Part shown: positions 48,239-57,817 of the stretch, in pieces | Layout of the letters: the number at the start of each line of letters is the position of its first letter | Numbering within the stretch: the first letter of the stretch is position 1 | From: Deltaproteobacteria bacterium | GTDB taxonomy: Bacteria; Myxococcota_A; Polyangia; Fen-1088 | Length of the DNA: 64,000 nt | Direction of reading: 5' to 3' | Assembly (NCBI GenBank): GCA_033763315.1 | Contig: JANRKS010000031.1 | Span: 160,001 to 224,000 of the forward strand | Notes under the pieces: model-generated | Seen by the model: only the letters and a program-made list of their open reading frames with translations | Database searches by the model: none | What the model was told of the DNA's origin: nothing | Program-made: the position numbers and the translations under genes

Positions 48239-49408
48239 ATGCAGCGGCGCGGGCGATGCAAGGCAATCTCGGCTGGCGCCCTCGGCGTGCTGCTTGCGCT
48301 TGGCGCGGGGTGCACCAAAACGCAGCCGCGGTTTCCAAAAGCGGTGCATGGGTTCGCCCGCATCGACACGCACATGCACCTGGATCCACGCGCTGTGGAC
48401 CGCACGCTGGCTCTGATGGATCGCTGGGGCATTGATGGCGCCATCAATCTTTCGGGCATGCACCCAGGCCCGCCTCGGCACGCGCTTGAGATGCAACTGG
48501 AGGCGGCGGCCAAGACAAACGGCCGCGTGGCGGTGTTCATGACCCCGTCGTTTGTGGCCGCCGTGAAGAACTTCCCCAACAGCTATGGCGCCGCGATGGC
48601 CGAGCAACTGGCAGAGGGCAAACGGCTGGGCGCCATCGGCTTGAAGATCACGAAGGGCCTGGGCCTGGGTTACCCGGCGCCCGACATGCAAACGCTGTTG
48701 GCCGTCGACGACCCAGGCTTGGATCCTTTGTTCGAGAAGGCGGGCGAGCTGGGCATGCCGGTGGCCATTCACACGGGAGATCCAAAGGCGTTCTGGGAAA
48801 AGCCCGACGAATCCAATGAACGCCTCGATGAGTTGAAGGCCCATCCCGGTTGGTCGCTGCACGGCGAGCCGGTGCCTTCGTGGCAGGAGTTGCTGCTGCA
48901 GTTCGAGCACCGCGTGGCCCGCCACCCCAAAACCACCTTCATCGGCGTTCACTTTGGGAACGCTCCTGAAGAGCCCCAGCGGGTGGCCGCGATGCTCGAC
49001 AAATACCCCAACCTTTTCATCGACACCGCCGCGCGGGTGCCGGCCATTGGCCGCCACAGCGCCGAGCAGATGCGCGCCTTCTTCATCAAGTACCAGGACC
49101 GCATCCTGTTCGCCACAGACACGGCCGTGGGCCCCACGCAGGACGAAATGATGTACGGGTCAAATGGCGCCGAACCGCCCACTTTGGCCGACGAATCCCG
49201 TTTCTTTGAGCAGACCTACAGGTATTTCGAGACCAACGAAAAGAACTTTGAGCACCCGACCGCCATCCAGGGCCGCTGGAGGATCGACGGTTTGGGCCTG
49301 CCAGACGCCGTTCTTAAGAAGCTGTACTTCGAGAATGCCGCCCGCGTCCTTCACTGGCGCCCTGGCCCCCAAAAAAATCCACCCACGCCAAGCTTGACTG
49401 ATCGCTGA
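48239..49408 (+). CDS. Amidohydrolase_2-family lipoprotein
   Basis: GAGC lipobox, IDTHMH, GAIGLK, AIHTGDP, GVHFG and ILFATD motifs. Confidence 0.9.
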   Translation: MQRRGRCKAISAGALGVLLALGAGCTKTQPRFPKAVHGFARIDTHMHLDPRAVDRTLALMDRWGIDGAINLSGMHPGPPRHALEMQLEAAAKTNGRVAVFMTPSFVAAVKNFPNSYGAAMAEQLAEGKRLGAIGLKITKGLGLGYPAPDMQTLLAVDDPGLDPLFEKAGELGMPVAIHTGDPKAFWEKPDESNERLDELKAHPGWSLHGEPVPSWQELLLQFEHRVARHPKTTFIGVHFGNAPEEPQRVAAMLDKYPNLFIDTAARVPAIGRHSAEQMRAFFIKYQDRILFATDTAVGPTQDEMMYGSNGAEPPTLADESRFFEQTYRYFETNEKNFEHPTAIQGRWRIDGLGLPDAVLKKLYFENAARVLHWRPGPQKNPPTPSLTDR

Positions 49409-49421
49409 AAAGAAACATAAT
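49394..49421 (+). promoter_or_regulatory. Sigma70-type promoter for tRNA-Asn
   Basis: TTGACT-N16-CATAAT ending 12 nt before the tRNA. Confidence 0.6.
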
Positions 49422-49433
49422 CACGCTCCCTAT

Positions 49434-49508
49434 TCCGGAGTAGCTCAGTGGCAGAGCAGTCGGCTGTTAACCGACTGGTCGTAGGTTCGAACCCTACCTC
49501 CGGAGCCA
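49434..49508 (+). tRNA. tRNA-Asn (GTT)
   Basis: TCCGGAG/CTCCGGA acceptor stem, TAGCTCAGTGGCAGAGC D-arm, GTCGG-CTGTTAA-CCGAC anticodon arm, GGTTCGAACCC T-arm, encoded CCA. Confidence 0.97.
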
Positions 49509-50104
49509 TCTGTTCCCGAAAACCGAAACGCCGACCTTGCGGTTAACGCGAGGGGCGCTGTGAGAGAATGATGATTCGTAGTTTTCCGCGGAGTTTTGGA
49601 GAGATTCGATTGCGGCGCTTTTGGGCCCGCGCTCTCCACGGAGAATGAGCCGTGCTTTCGCGGGTGTTGGGGGCGGGGTGGGGCGGTGAATCTCTCTCCG
49701 TTTGCGCATTTCTCGCGCGGAGAAAAATGGAGAGAGTTAACACAGCCGCGCGTTGATCTGGATGTTCTCTGTTGTGGCGCGGATCCGTGGGTGGGCAAGC
49801 GGGACGGGCGTGTCCCGCCTGCAAGTACAGCAGCGACGGTTTTCGAATCGACCTTTCTCGGTTAACGGCCCGAGCGGTTAACAGGTCGCCGGATTCCCGA
49901 CAGAGGTGCGTTGATCGCTATTCGCGGCGTTGCGAGTGCGCGCGTAAAGGACGTAGAAACCCAGCATCCCTCACAGTGCGGAGTTTTCCCTGTTCGAATG
50001 GCGCCAGCCCTCGGGGGCGCACCTTGTCGCCTAGCGCCGCGCGCACTAGCGGGCTAGCTCGCAAGTAAAACTCATTAGCTACACTCTCGGCAAGAGCCTT
50101 TGAC

Positions 50105-50815
50105 ATGGACGAACCTCACGATGCCCCCGACGCTTTCCCCGCGCTCAATGAAGCTGTGTTCCGAGTTCCTTCCTTATCGCAGCTTCAACCCGAACAAAGG
50201 TTCGCCCACGCTCCCAGATTTTTGCTGCTTTATGGCTCTCTTCGGGAGAGATCATTCAGCCGACTTCTCGTGGAAGAAGCTGCCCGGTTATTGAGGCGGA
50301 TGGGAGGCGAGACGCGTATTTATGATCCGCGCGGTTTACCTCAACCAGATGGCGCACCGAAAGACCACCCCAAGGTGGTTGAGTTGCTGGAGGCTTCATT
50401 GTGGTCCGAAGGCCAGGTTTGGTGCAGCCCTGAACGGCACGGCTCGCCCACCGGAATATTCAAAAGCCAGATCGATTGGCTGCCGCTTGAATCTGGTGGC
50501 GTACGTCCTACGCAAGGGCGCACCTTGGCCGTGATGCAAGTCAATGCTGGCTCGCAATCGTTCAACACTGTAAACGCGCTGCGTGTTCTAGGACGGTGGA
50601 TGCGCATGATCACAATCCCGAATCAATCGTCAGTGCCAAAAGCGTTCGAAGAGTTTGACGCTGCTGGACGGATGAAACCGTCACCCTATTACGATCGCCT
50701 CGTGGATGTGATGGAGGAACTCTATAGGTTCACTGTCCTCACCCGTGAGGTGGCTCCCGCGCTTGTGGACCGATACAGTGAGCGGAAGACGCCCACGACG
50801 CCTGTGAAACTCTGA
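50105..50815 (+). CDS. arsH: Arsenical resistance protein ArsH (NADPH-dependent FMN reductase)
   Basis: [43 protein letters not shown] and DRYSER motifs. Confidence 0.96.
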   Translation: MDEPHDAPDAFPALNEAVFRVPSLSQLQPEQRFAHAPRFLLLYGSLRERSFSRLLVEEAARLLRRMGGETRIYDPRGLPQPDGAPKDHPKVVELLEASLWSEGQVWCSPERHGSPTGIFKSQIDWLPLESGGVRPTQGRTLAVMQVNAGSQSFNTVNALRVLGRWMRMITIPNQSSVPKAFEEFDAAGRMKPSPYYDRLVDVMEELYRFTVLTREVAPALVDRYSERKTPTTPVKL

Positions 50816-50843
50816 ATTAGCCTTCGTGCGCACGAGTTGCTAA

Positions 50844-50859
50844 ATCGTATTATTCCGAT
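50844..50859. promoter_or_regulatory. Putative ArsR operator between the -35 and -10 of an arsC promoter
   Basis: ATCGTA-TTAT-TCCGAT imperfect palindrome within TTGCTA(50837)-N16-TAGGCT. A second copy lies at 51313. Confidence 0.65.
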
Positions 50860-50871
50860 AGGCTCGCCCGC

Positions 50872-51288
50872 ATGAAGAGCATCCTTTTTCTGTGTGTTGC
50901 CAACTCGGCACGAAGCCAAATGGCCGAGGGTCTGGCGCGGTGGTTGTTCAGCAGCGACGTTTCTGTGCAGAGCGCAGGCAGTGAACCAACCAAAGTGAAT
51001 CCCTATGCCATCGAAGTGATGCGTGAGCTTGGCGTCAATCTAGAAACTCAGCACTCTAAATCGGTTCAGTCGATCGATCCATCTACGGTAGGAACAGTCA
51101 TTACCCTGTGCACCGAAGAGGTCTGCCCCGTCTTCCTGGGCCAGGCGCGCCGCCTGCATTGGCCCATTCCTGACCCGGCCAGCAAAGATGCTTCCCTTCC
51201 GCGTGACGAAATGTTGGCCCGCTTCCGCACCGCCCGGGACACGATTCGCGAAATGCTTACGCGGTTTAAGCGGGAAGAGGGTCTTTAG
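50872..51288 (+). CDS. arsC: Arsenate reductase, LMW-PTP (thioredoxin-coupled) family
   Basis: [16 protein letters not shown]-loop, TLCTEEVCP resolving cysteines, HWPIPDP. Confidence 0.92.
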   Translation: MKSILFLCVANSARSQMAEGLARWLFSSDVSVQSAGSEPTKVNPYAIEVMRELGVNLETQHSKSVQSIDPSTVGTVITLCTEEVCPVFLGQARRLHWPIPDPASKDASLPRDEMLARFRTARDTIREMLTRFKREEGL

Positions 51289-51312
51289 TTGACGATGAGG
51301 GGTAGTTTGCTA

Positions 51313-51328
51313 ATCGTACTTCTACGAT
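51313..51328. promoter_or_regulatory. Putative ArsR operator overlapping the arsR start codon
   Basis: Perfect ATCGTA-CTTC-TACGAT palindrome preceded by TTGCTA. Confidence 0.7.
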
Positions 51329-51668
51329 GACTGAGACCTCGCCTGGAGTTTGTTGTCCCGCCCCCAGTTCGCAACCCGACCTTCGCCCGGTGGAGGGTCC
51401 AGAAGCTGACGAAGAGCTGGCGACCTTGGCTAAGGCCATTGGCCACCCGGCGCGCGTTCAGATCCTGCGGCTTTTGACCACGAAAACTTCGTGCGTATGC
51501 GGTGACATTGTGGACGAGTTGCCTCTGGCCCAGTCAACGGTTTCGCAACACTTAAAGGTGCTTAAGGAGGCCGGGCTTATTCGCGGTGACGTGGACGGTC
51601 CGCGTGTTTGTTACTGCATAGAGCCTCGTGCCATGCGGCGTCTCAAAGTATTGATCGCTGGAATGTGA
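51327..51668 (+). CDS. arsR: ArsR/SmtB-family metalloregulator
   Basis: [36 protein letters not shown] and VCYC motifs. Confidence 0.93.
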   Translation: MTETSPGVCCPAPSSQPDLRPVEGPEADEELATLAKAIGHPARVQILRLLTTKTSCVCGDIVDELPLAQSTVSQHLKVLKEAGLIRGDVDGPRVCYCIEPRAMRRLKVLIAGM

Positions 51669-51675
51669 ATGAATC

Positions 51676-52764
51676 ATGACTTCTGATGCTGGTTTGCTTC
51701 GAAAACTGTCCTTCCTTGATCGCTATCTGACGCTCTGGATCTTCCTGGCGATGGGTTTCGGTGTGGGGCTGGGTCTTGTTGCGCCGGGCTTCACCCAGGC
51801 GTTGAACAACATGAGTGTGGGAACAACATCGATTCCGATCGCCATTGGCCTCGTTCTGATGATGTACCCACCCCTCGCCAAGGTCCGTTACGAAGAACTA
51901 GGGGAAGTGTTTCGCAACAAGCGGGTGTTGGCGCTTTCTTTGGTTCAAAACTGGGTTATCGGTCCAGTTCTGATGTTCGGCCTTGCGGTGATCTTCCTGC
52001 ACGACAAGCCCGAGTACATGCTTGGCCTGATTTTGATCGGTCTTGCCCGCTGCATTGCCATGGTCATCGTCTGGAACGATTTGGCCAAAGGCGATACTGA
52101 ATATTGCGCAGGTCTGGTTGCCCTTAATTCGATCTTCCAGGTTCTGTTTTTCTCGGTGTACGCGTATTTCTTTGCGACCTTGCTGCCCACGTGGTTGGGC
52201 CTGAAAAGCGCGATCGTGCATATCAGCATCGCAGAGATAGCGAAAAGCGTAGCCATCTACCTTGGCTTGCCCTTCTCGTTGGGGTTCCTGACGCGTAAGG
52301 TGCTCGTCCGGGCGAAGGGGCGACCATGGTACGAAAAGACTTTCGTACCGCGCATCAGCCCTATTACCCTCGCGTCGTTGCTGTTCACGATCGTCGTCAT
52401 GTTTTCGCTCAAGGGCGAAACGATCGTGCAGCTTCCGCTCGACGTACTGCGCATCGCAGTGCCGCTATTCATCTACTTCGTTGTGATGTTTGCGGTGTCG
52501 TTCTTCATGAGTCGACGCGTGGGCGCCGATTACAAGCAAACGGTCACACTTTCTTTCACTGCTGCGTCCAACAACTTCGAGCTGGCCATCGCGGTTGCAA
52601 TTGCCAGCTTTGGCATTCACAGCGGCGCAGCACTCGCGGCCGTCATTGGTCCCCTGGTGGAGGTGCCGGTGCTCATCGGGTTGGTAAACGTCGCCTTGTG
52701 GGCGCAAAAACGCTACTTCCCAAGAGCGGCTGTGGTAGCGCCTGCGTGCGCGGTCCCCCAATAG
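51676..52764 (+). CDS. acr3: ACR3-family arsenite efflux transporter
   Basis: [38 protein letters not shown] and GPLVEVP motifs. Confidence 0.97.
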   Translation: MTSDAGLLRKLSFLDRYLTLWIFLAMGFGVGLGLVAPGFTQALNNMSVGTTSIPIAIGLVLMMYPPLAKVRYEELGEVFRNKRVLALSLVQNWVIGPVLMFGLAVIFLHDKPEYMLGLILIGLARCIAMVIVWNDLAKGDTEYCAGLVALNSIFQVLFFSVYAYFFATLLPTWLGLKSAIVHISIAEIAKSVAIYLGLPFSLGFLTRKVLVRAKGRPWYEKTFVPRISPITLASLLFTIVVMFSLKGETIVQLPLDVLRIAVPLFIYFVVMFAVSFFMSRRVGADYKQTVTLSFTAASNNFELAIAVAIASFGIHSGAALAAVIGPLVEVPVLIGLVNVALWAQKRYFPRAAVVAPACAVPQ

Positions 52765-52856
52765 TCAATGTCAAACAATCAACATCGGATGCAGGTTTGA
52801 AGAAGAGAGTTGATGTAAAAGCAGCGTGCCTATTTATGTGACGGTATGCTCTGTAC

Positions 52857-53480
52857 ATGGACGAGTGCTGCGGTGGGAAAGCAGATGAACTTGCTGCGCT
52901 AGATCGTGGGGCTCGTCGGCGCGTGTTGCAGATTGTGTTGGCCATCAATGTGTTGATGTTCGTGGTGGAGTTTGTCGCCGGACTGTCTGCTCGCTCCTCA
53001 GCGCTAATGGCTGACAGCGTTGACATGCTGGGCGATGCTTTCGTCTATGTGCTGAGCCTTTATGCCCTCAACCGGTCGGCAGCTTGGAAAGGGGGTGCCG
53101 CGATCGCGAAGGGCGGTGCCATGCTGTTTCTGGGACTGGGGATCGCCGTCGAAGTCGTTGACAAAATTCGTCACGGAGTGGTGCCGACGTCCAGCCTCAT
53201 GGCGGGCTTTGGCGCGCTGGCCCTGTTTGCAAACCTAACTTGTCTTGCTCTGCTGTGGGGGCACCGGCGCGCAGATGTCAACATGAGCAGCACATTCGAG
53301 TGCTCACGGAACGACGTTCTTGCGAATTTAGGAGTCTTGATCGCCGCCGCAGGCGTCTCACTGACGGGGCGAGCCTGGCCAGATATTCTAGCGGGGGCAG
53401 TGGTAGCAGCGCTCTTTCTGCGATCGGCTGCACGCGTGATCGCACGAGCTTGGCCGGTGTTTCGCAATCGCCTAGCGTAG
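52857..53480 (+). CDS. Short CDF-type cation transporter (no C-terminal domain)
   Basis: SSALMADSVDMLGDA, CSRNDVLAN and WPD motifs. N-terminal CC. Confidence 0.88.
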   Translation: MDECCGGKADELAALDRGARRRVLQIVLAINVLMFVVEFVAGLSARSSALMADSVDMLGDAFVYVLSLYALNRSAAWKGGAAIAKGGAMLFLGLGIAVEVVDKIRHGVVPTSSLMAGFGALALFANLTCLALLWGHRRADVNMSSTFECSRNDVLANLGVLIAAAGVSLTGRAWPDILAGAVVAALFLRSAARVIARAWPVFRNRLA

Positions 53481-53497
53481 TGCTCGTGTGGCCGATG

Positions 53498-54589
53498 CTA
53501 GAGCGATGGTTGTTGTTGGGATAGGCAGTGAAGGGTGCCGAGGCCGAGCACGAGATCCGTAGCGTGAATCCCCACGACTGGGCGATCAGAGATCAGTTCT
53601 GCGATGATACCCAGGGCGGCTCTGTCCGCGGGGTCGTTAAACGTTGGCACAAGAACCGCAGCGTTACAGATGTAGAAATTGGCATAGCTGGCCGGCAGCC
53701 GTTGACCGCGAAAGAAAAGCGGCGCGGGCATTGGAAGGCGAACGACTTGCGGGCGACTACCGTCTTGAAGCCGAGCTTGTTCAAGCCGCTCACGGTTCTC
53801 TTCAAGCGGCCGGTGATTCGCATCTGAGCCGTCAGCCTCTTGGCACAGAACTATCGTGGTCGGACTTACAAAGCGGGCAAGGTCATCAACGTGGCCGTGG
53901 GTGTCATCCCCTGCGATGCCGTTGCCCAACCAAATCGTGTTTGGCGCGCCTAAGCATTCGCGGAAAGTAAGCTCCCAATCCGACTTGCTAAATCCTGGGT
54001 TCCGGACTTGAACATTAGGATCAAGCAGGCATTCCTCAGTGGCCAAGATTGAACCCTTCCCGTTCACATCAATACTGCCGCCCTCAAGAACCACATCGCC
54101 CGCAGACGACGGGAACAGGTCTTGAGATCGAAAGGAGCGCAGCTCAAGCGCCTGCGCCGCCAACCGGGGAATGGTGTAATCTTTATGAAACTCAGGATAT
54201 TTTGCCCAACCGTTGAAGCCGAAGTGCGCCACTGCTAAATCCGGAGCGGTTCCGTCCTTCTGCACAAAGATGGGACCAAAATCTCGAATCCAACTGCGGT
54301 CCGTAGGCCAACGCATCCAATCGATTGCGGATTCATTGACTCCAACCGATGCAATCACGCTTTTAGCGTGGGCCTCCGTTTTGTCGTCGTTCACTAACAG
54401 TGCAACACGTTCGGCAACCGCCACCCGTTTAATGATCTCCCCGTAAACCCAGCGAATCGAGCTGATTTTACCTGGCCAATCGCTTCGTCGATGAGGGAAC
54501 GCCAGCCAAGTGGCATCGTGTGCATTCCACTCCGCGGGGATCGCAAACCCTGAGCGACTGGCGGTTTTCGGTGTAGCAAAGGGGGGCAT
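53498..54589 (-). CDS. Agmatine deiminase family protein
   Basis: PAEW, WIRDFGP, LEGGSIDVNG, DDTHGHVD, ASYANFYI and GTLHCLSQQQP motifs. ATG overlaps the ATPase stop (TGATG). Confidence 0.93.
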   Translation of the reverse strand: MPPFATPKTASRSGFAIPAEWNAHDATWLAFPHRRSDWPGKISSIRWVYGEIIKRVAVAERVALLVNDDKTEAHAKSVIASVGVNESAIDWMRWPTDRSWIRDFGPIFVQKDGTAPDLAVAHFGFNGWAKYPEFHKDYTIPRLAAQALELRSFRSQDLFPSSAGDVVLEGGSIDVNGKGSILATEECLLDPNVQVRNPGFSKSDWELTFRECLGAPNTIWLGNGIAGDDTHGHVDDLARFVSPTTIVLCQEADGSDANHRPLEENRERLEQARLQDGSRPQVVRLPMPAPLFFRGQRLPASYANFYICNAAVLVPTFNDPADRAALGIIAELISDRPVVGIHATDLVLGLGTLHCLSQQQPSL

Positions 54590-57090
54590 CAACTGCGCAC
54601 GCCCGGGTTGGCCGCTCTTTGATCTTTATAAGCTAAAAGCCGCAACGCGTTTACGACCACAAGCAGCGTCGAGCCTTCGTGAAGCGCCACCGCAACGCCA
54701 ATGCCGGCAAATCCGAAAATTGTTGCGGGGATCAAGATCGCCACCATGCCAAGGCTGGCCCAAAGGTTCTGGCGAATGATGCTACGGGAAGCGCGGCTTA
54801 AGCCCACGGCGAAAGGCAGAGCGCGTAAATCGTCGGCCATTAGAGCGATGTCTGCCGTCTCCAAGGCGACATCCGATCCGCCAGCACCCATCGCAATCCC
54901 CACGGTGGCATTGGCCATCGCAGGCGCATCGTTGACGCCATCACCCACCATCGCTACACCCGTTGACGAACCCGCCAGCTGCACTATCACGGCAACCTTC
55001 TGCTCTGGCAGTAAGTCGCCGCGCGCCACGCGAATGCCCACTTGTCCTGCAACAGCATCGGCCACGCTTTGGTTGTCGCCCGTCAGCATGATGGATTGCT
55101 TGATACCCAGCCGGTGCAATTCCGATATCACCTCTCGTGCGGTATCGCGAGGGGTGTCCATAAGGCCCAGCACGCCCAAGAAACGGTTGGCGGATTTAAC
55201 TACCATGACCGTTCGGCCGTTTGACTGCAGCTTTCCGATGGCCTCTGTAACTTCGTCAGGCAGAGCTCCGTCGTTAGTGAAAAGGCCTGGCTTGCCCAGC
55301 AAGACGGTCGCGCCGTCAATTTCGGCTTTAACACCAAAGCCCACAAGCGCCTTAACGTTAAGCGCGCGCAGGCGGCCAATTTCTGCTGGCAGTCGGCTTG
55401 CCGCTCCATTCACAATGGCCGCAGCTAAGGGGTGATCGGACTGGCTTTCAACCGCGACCGCGGTTTGCATCAGTTCGGTTTCGGTCGTGCCTTGAGTAGG
55501 CAACACGTCGGTAAGCTGAGGCTTGCCTTCGGTAAGTGTTCCCGTTTTGTCAAAAGCAATCGCAGTGATCGCCCCCAACGTTTCGAGGTGTGCACCGCCC
55601 TTGATGAGAACGCCACCGCGCGCCGCACGCGCGACGCCCGAAAGCACCGCGCTAGGCGTGGCGATCGCTAAAGCGCAAGGACTGGCCGAGACCAGCACAG
55701 CCATCGCGCGGTAGAAACTGTGTGCGAATGTCTCGTCGATGACAAACGGGGCAAACAGCAACAAGACGACCACGCCAAGAATGACGGGAACAAAAACACG
55801 TTCAAATCGATCGGTGAACCGCTGCGTTGCAGACTTTTGCGTTTCGGCCTCGGCAACCATCTTTACGACGCGTGCCAAGGTGCTGTCGGCGGCGGCTTTT
55901 GTAACCAGAATCGTTAGCGCCGCAGCACCGTTTATCGTACCTGCGAAAACACGGTTCTCAGGAGCCAACGCAGACGCGTTTGCCGCCGCTACCTTTGCAT
56001 CGGGCACGGGAATCTTATCGACGGGAACACTTTCGCCTGTGATGGGTGCTTGATTGACGCTACTTGAGCCCGCGACTACAAAGCCATCGGCGGCAATACG
56101 TGTGTTGGGCTTGACCATGATTGTATCGCCAACGACCAGTTCCGATACCGGAACTTCCTTTATGCCGTGCGAAGGTCCGAGCCGCAGGGCTGTCTGGGGT
56201 ACTAGTTGCGAAAGCGCTTCAATTGCTTTTCGTGCCCGCCCCATGGCGTAGCCTTCAAGCGCGTGGCCAAGAGTAAACAAGAATAGCAACAGAGCGCCTT
56301 CGAACCATTGCCCTAGCACCGCGGCGCCCACAGCGGCAAACAACATTAGAAAGTCAATTTCAAAGCGCTTGGCTCGAAGGGCCACCGCGACTTCTTGCAC
56401 TGTGAACCACGCGCCCAGGACATAGGCCACCGCGAACAGCGCTGTGGGAACAATCGCCGGTACACTCCCTCTTCCCAGGCCCCACCCGACAGCCGTCAGG
56501 GCGCCGCAGCCGAGGCTAAACACCAATTCTGAACGCTCACCGAACGGACCGCCGTGTTCGTGCTCATGCGCATGTGCGTTTTCCTTGCTGTGGTCGTGGT
56601 CGTGATCATGGTCATGACCAGATGCTCGTGGGGGAGCCGCGGGGGTTTTCGCCGCCGAAATCCCTTCCGCGCCAGCAACCGCCATCAAGGATTCGCGGGA
56701 CGTCTGCTTCGGATCGAACTCGATGTAAAGCCGACGCGCACCGAACGCAATGCCTGCATGCAACACACCAACTTGTCTGGCGAAAACCCCTTCGACAAGG
56801 TTGGCCTGACGCTCGTGGCGTAGACCAACAACAGGGATGGAAAGATGCTCGAATCTTTCGGAAAGTTCGGCGCCTGCTCGGTGCACAACGGCCTGCACAT
56901 CCTGCAGGCGGACGATGGCAGGGTCGTAGTGAAGGCAAAGCTTGGTTTTCGCCGTGTCTGCGGAATCGATGTGGGCATCCACAATTCCAGACCGACCGCG
57001 AACCGTGTCAAGCAGGCGCTTGACGCACGCGTCGCAATCTGCCGCGTCCTGTGGAAGGATGATTTGCAGATCGAGTTTGTGTTTATTCAT
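54589..57090 (-). CDS. Heavy-metal P1B-type ATPase (P1B-4 signature)
   Basis: CDAC N-terminal motif, His-rich linker, TGES, SPC, DKTGT, HP, GDGVNDAP and HEGST. Confidence 0.95.
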   Translation of the reverse strand: MNKHKLDLQIILPQDAADCDACVKRLLDTVRGRSGIVDAHIDSADTAKTKLCLHYDPAIVRLQDVQAVVHRAGAELSERFEHLSIPVVGLRHERQANLVEGVFARQVGVLHAGIAFGARRLYIEFDPKQTSRESLMAVAGAEGISAAKTPAAPPRASGHDHDHDHDHSKENAHAHEHEHGGPFGERSELVFSLGCGALTAVGWGLGRGSVPAIVPTALFAVAYVLGAWFTVQEVAVALRAKRFEIDFLMLFAAVGAAVLGQWFEGALLLFLFTLGHALEGYAMGRARKAIEALSQLVPQTALRLGPSHGIKEVPVSELVVGDTIMVKPNTRIAADGFVVAGSSSVNQAPITGESVPVDKIPVPDAKVAAANASALAPENRVFAGTINGAAALTILVTKAAADSTLARVVKMVAEAETQKSATQRFTDRFERVFVPVILGVVVLLLFAPFVIDETFAHSFYRAMAVLVSASPCALAIATPSAVLSGVARAARGGVLIKGGAHLETLGAITAIAFDKTGTLTEGKPQLTDVLPTQGTTETELMQTAVAVESQSDHPLAAAIVNGAASRLPAEIGRLRALNVKALVGFGVKAEIDGATVLLGKPGLFTNDGALPDEVTEAIGKLQSNGRTVMVVKSANRFLGVLGLMDTPRDTAREVISELHRLGIKQSIMLTGDNQSVADAVAGQVGIRVARGDLLPEQKVAVIVQLAGSSTGVAMVGDGVNDAPAMANATVGIAMGAGGSDVALETADIALMADDLRALPFAVGLSRASRSIIRQNLWASLGMVAILIPATIFGFAGIGVAVALHEGSTLLVVVNALRLLAYKDQRAANPGVRS

Positions 57091-57100
57091 TGTGGTTCGC

Positions 57101-57817
57101 TTATGTGCTCATCTCGATAACGGTCAAACAAAGAAAGCCCGCGAAGAAGGAAGCGCTACTCCACGCGGTTTCCTTCACTTCGTGAGCTTCAACCAAAAGC
57201 TCTTCGACGACCAAGAACAGCAAGGCAGCCAGGCCAAACGACAGTGCGATGACAAGGCCTGAATGAGGTAAAAGACCGAGTAGTCCTGCGCCAACTCCGG
57301 TTCCCATCAAAAGCAGCACGCAGAGGGCGGCTAAGTTAAGCATCACGCGACCTTTCGAGACGCCATTGCGCAGCAGGGTGGTTGACGTTGAAAGTCCTAA
57401 AAACATGAGTTCCAAAGTTAGCGCAACGGTCAACAGCAAACCCGTTTTCTGACCGGCGGCGAACCCCAGACCAATCAGGGCGCCGTCGAGAAAGATGTCG
57501 ATAGCAACCGTGATCAGGAGCGACGTGGGCGACTTTTTGCCTTCACTCTCATTGCCCCTTTCGCTCAGTGCACGGATGACAAGCATTGCGAAAACTCCTC
57601 CAGCGAATCCTACGATCAGCTCAAACGCAGAATGCGATGCTTTGATCTCGGGAAGAATTTCGCCCGCCGCTGCCGACAGAACGACACCCGCTGCGAAATG
57701 CTGAATGAAACCTTGGGCTTTTTCACCAGGCGTTTTACGCAGGGCAACCAAGCCTGCAATCAGCGTTGCGATACAGGGAAAGGCCGCATGGCCGAGCGCT
57801 TGGAAGAGTACATTCAT
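57101..57817 (-). CDS. ZIP/ZupT-like metal transporter
   Basis: QHFAAGV...EILP, DIFLDG, LVVEELLVEAH and FFAGF motifs, multi-TM. ATGA overlap with the czcA-like gene. Confidence 0.8.
   Translation of the reverse strand: MNVLFQALGHAAFPCIATLIAGLVALRKTPGEKAQGFIQHFAAGVVLSAAAGEILPEIKASHSAFELIVGFAGGVFAMLVIRALSERGNESEGKKSPTSLLITVAIDIFLDGALIGLGFAAGQKTGLLLTVALTLELMFLGLSTSTTLLRNGVSKGRVMLNLAALCVLLLMGTGVGAGLLGLLPHSGLVIALSFGLAALLFLVVEELLVEAHEVKETAWSSASFFAGFLCLTVIEMST

Noticed and set aside
49445-50106. Short ORFs in the post-tRNA region
   Set aside because: They overlap the tRNA or each other, lack RBS and motifs, and the region is better explained as non-coding.
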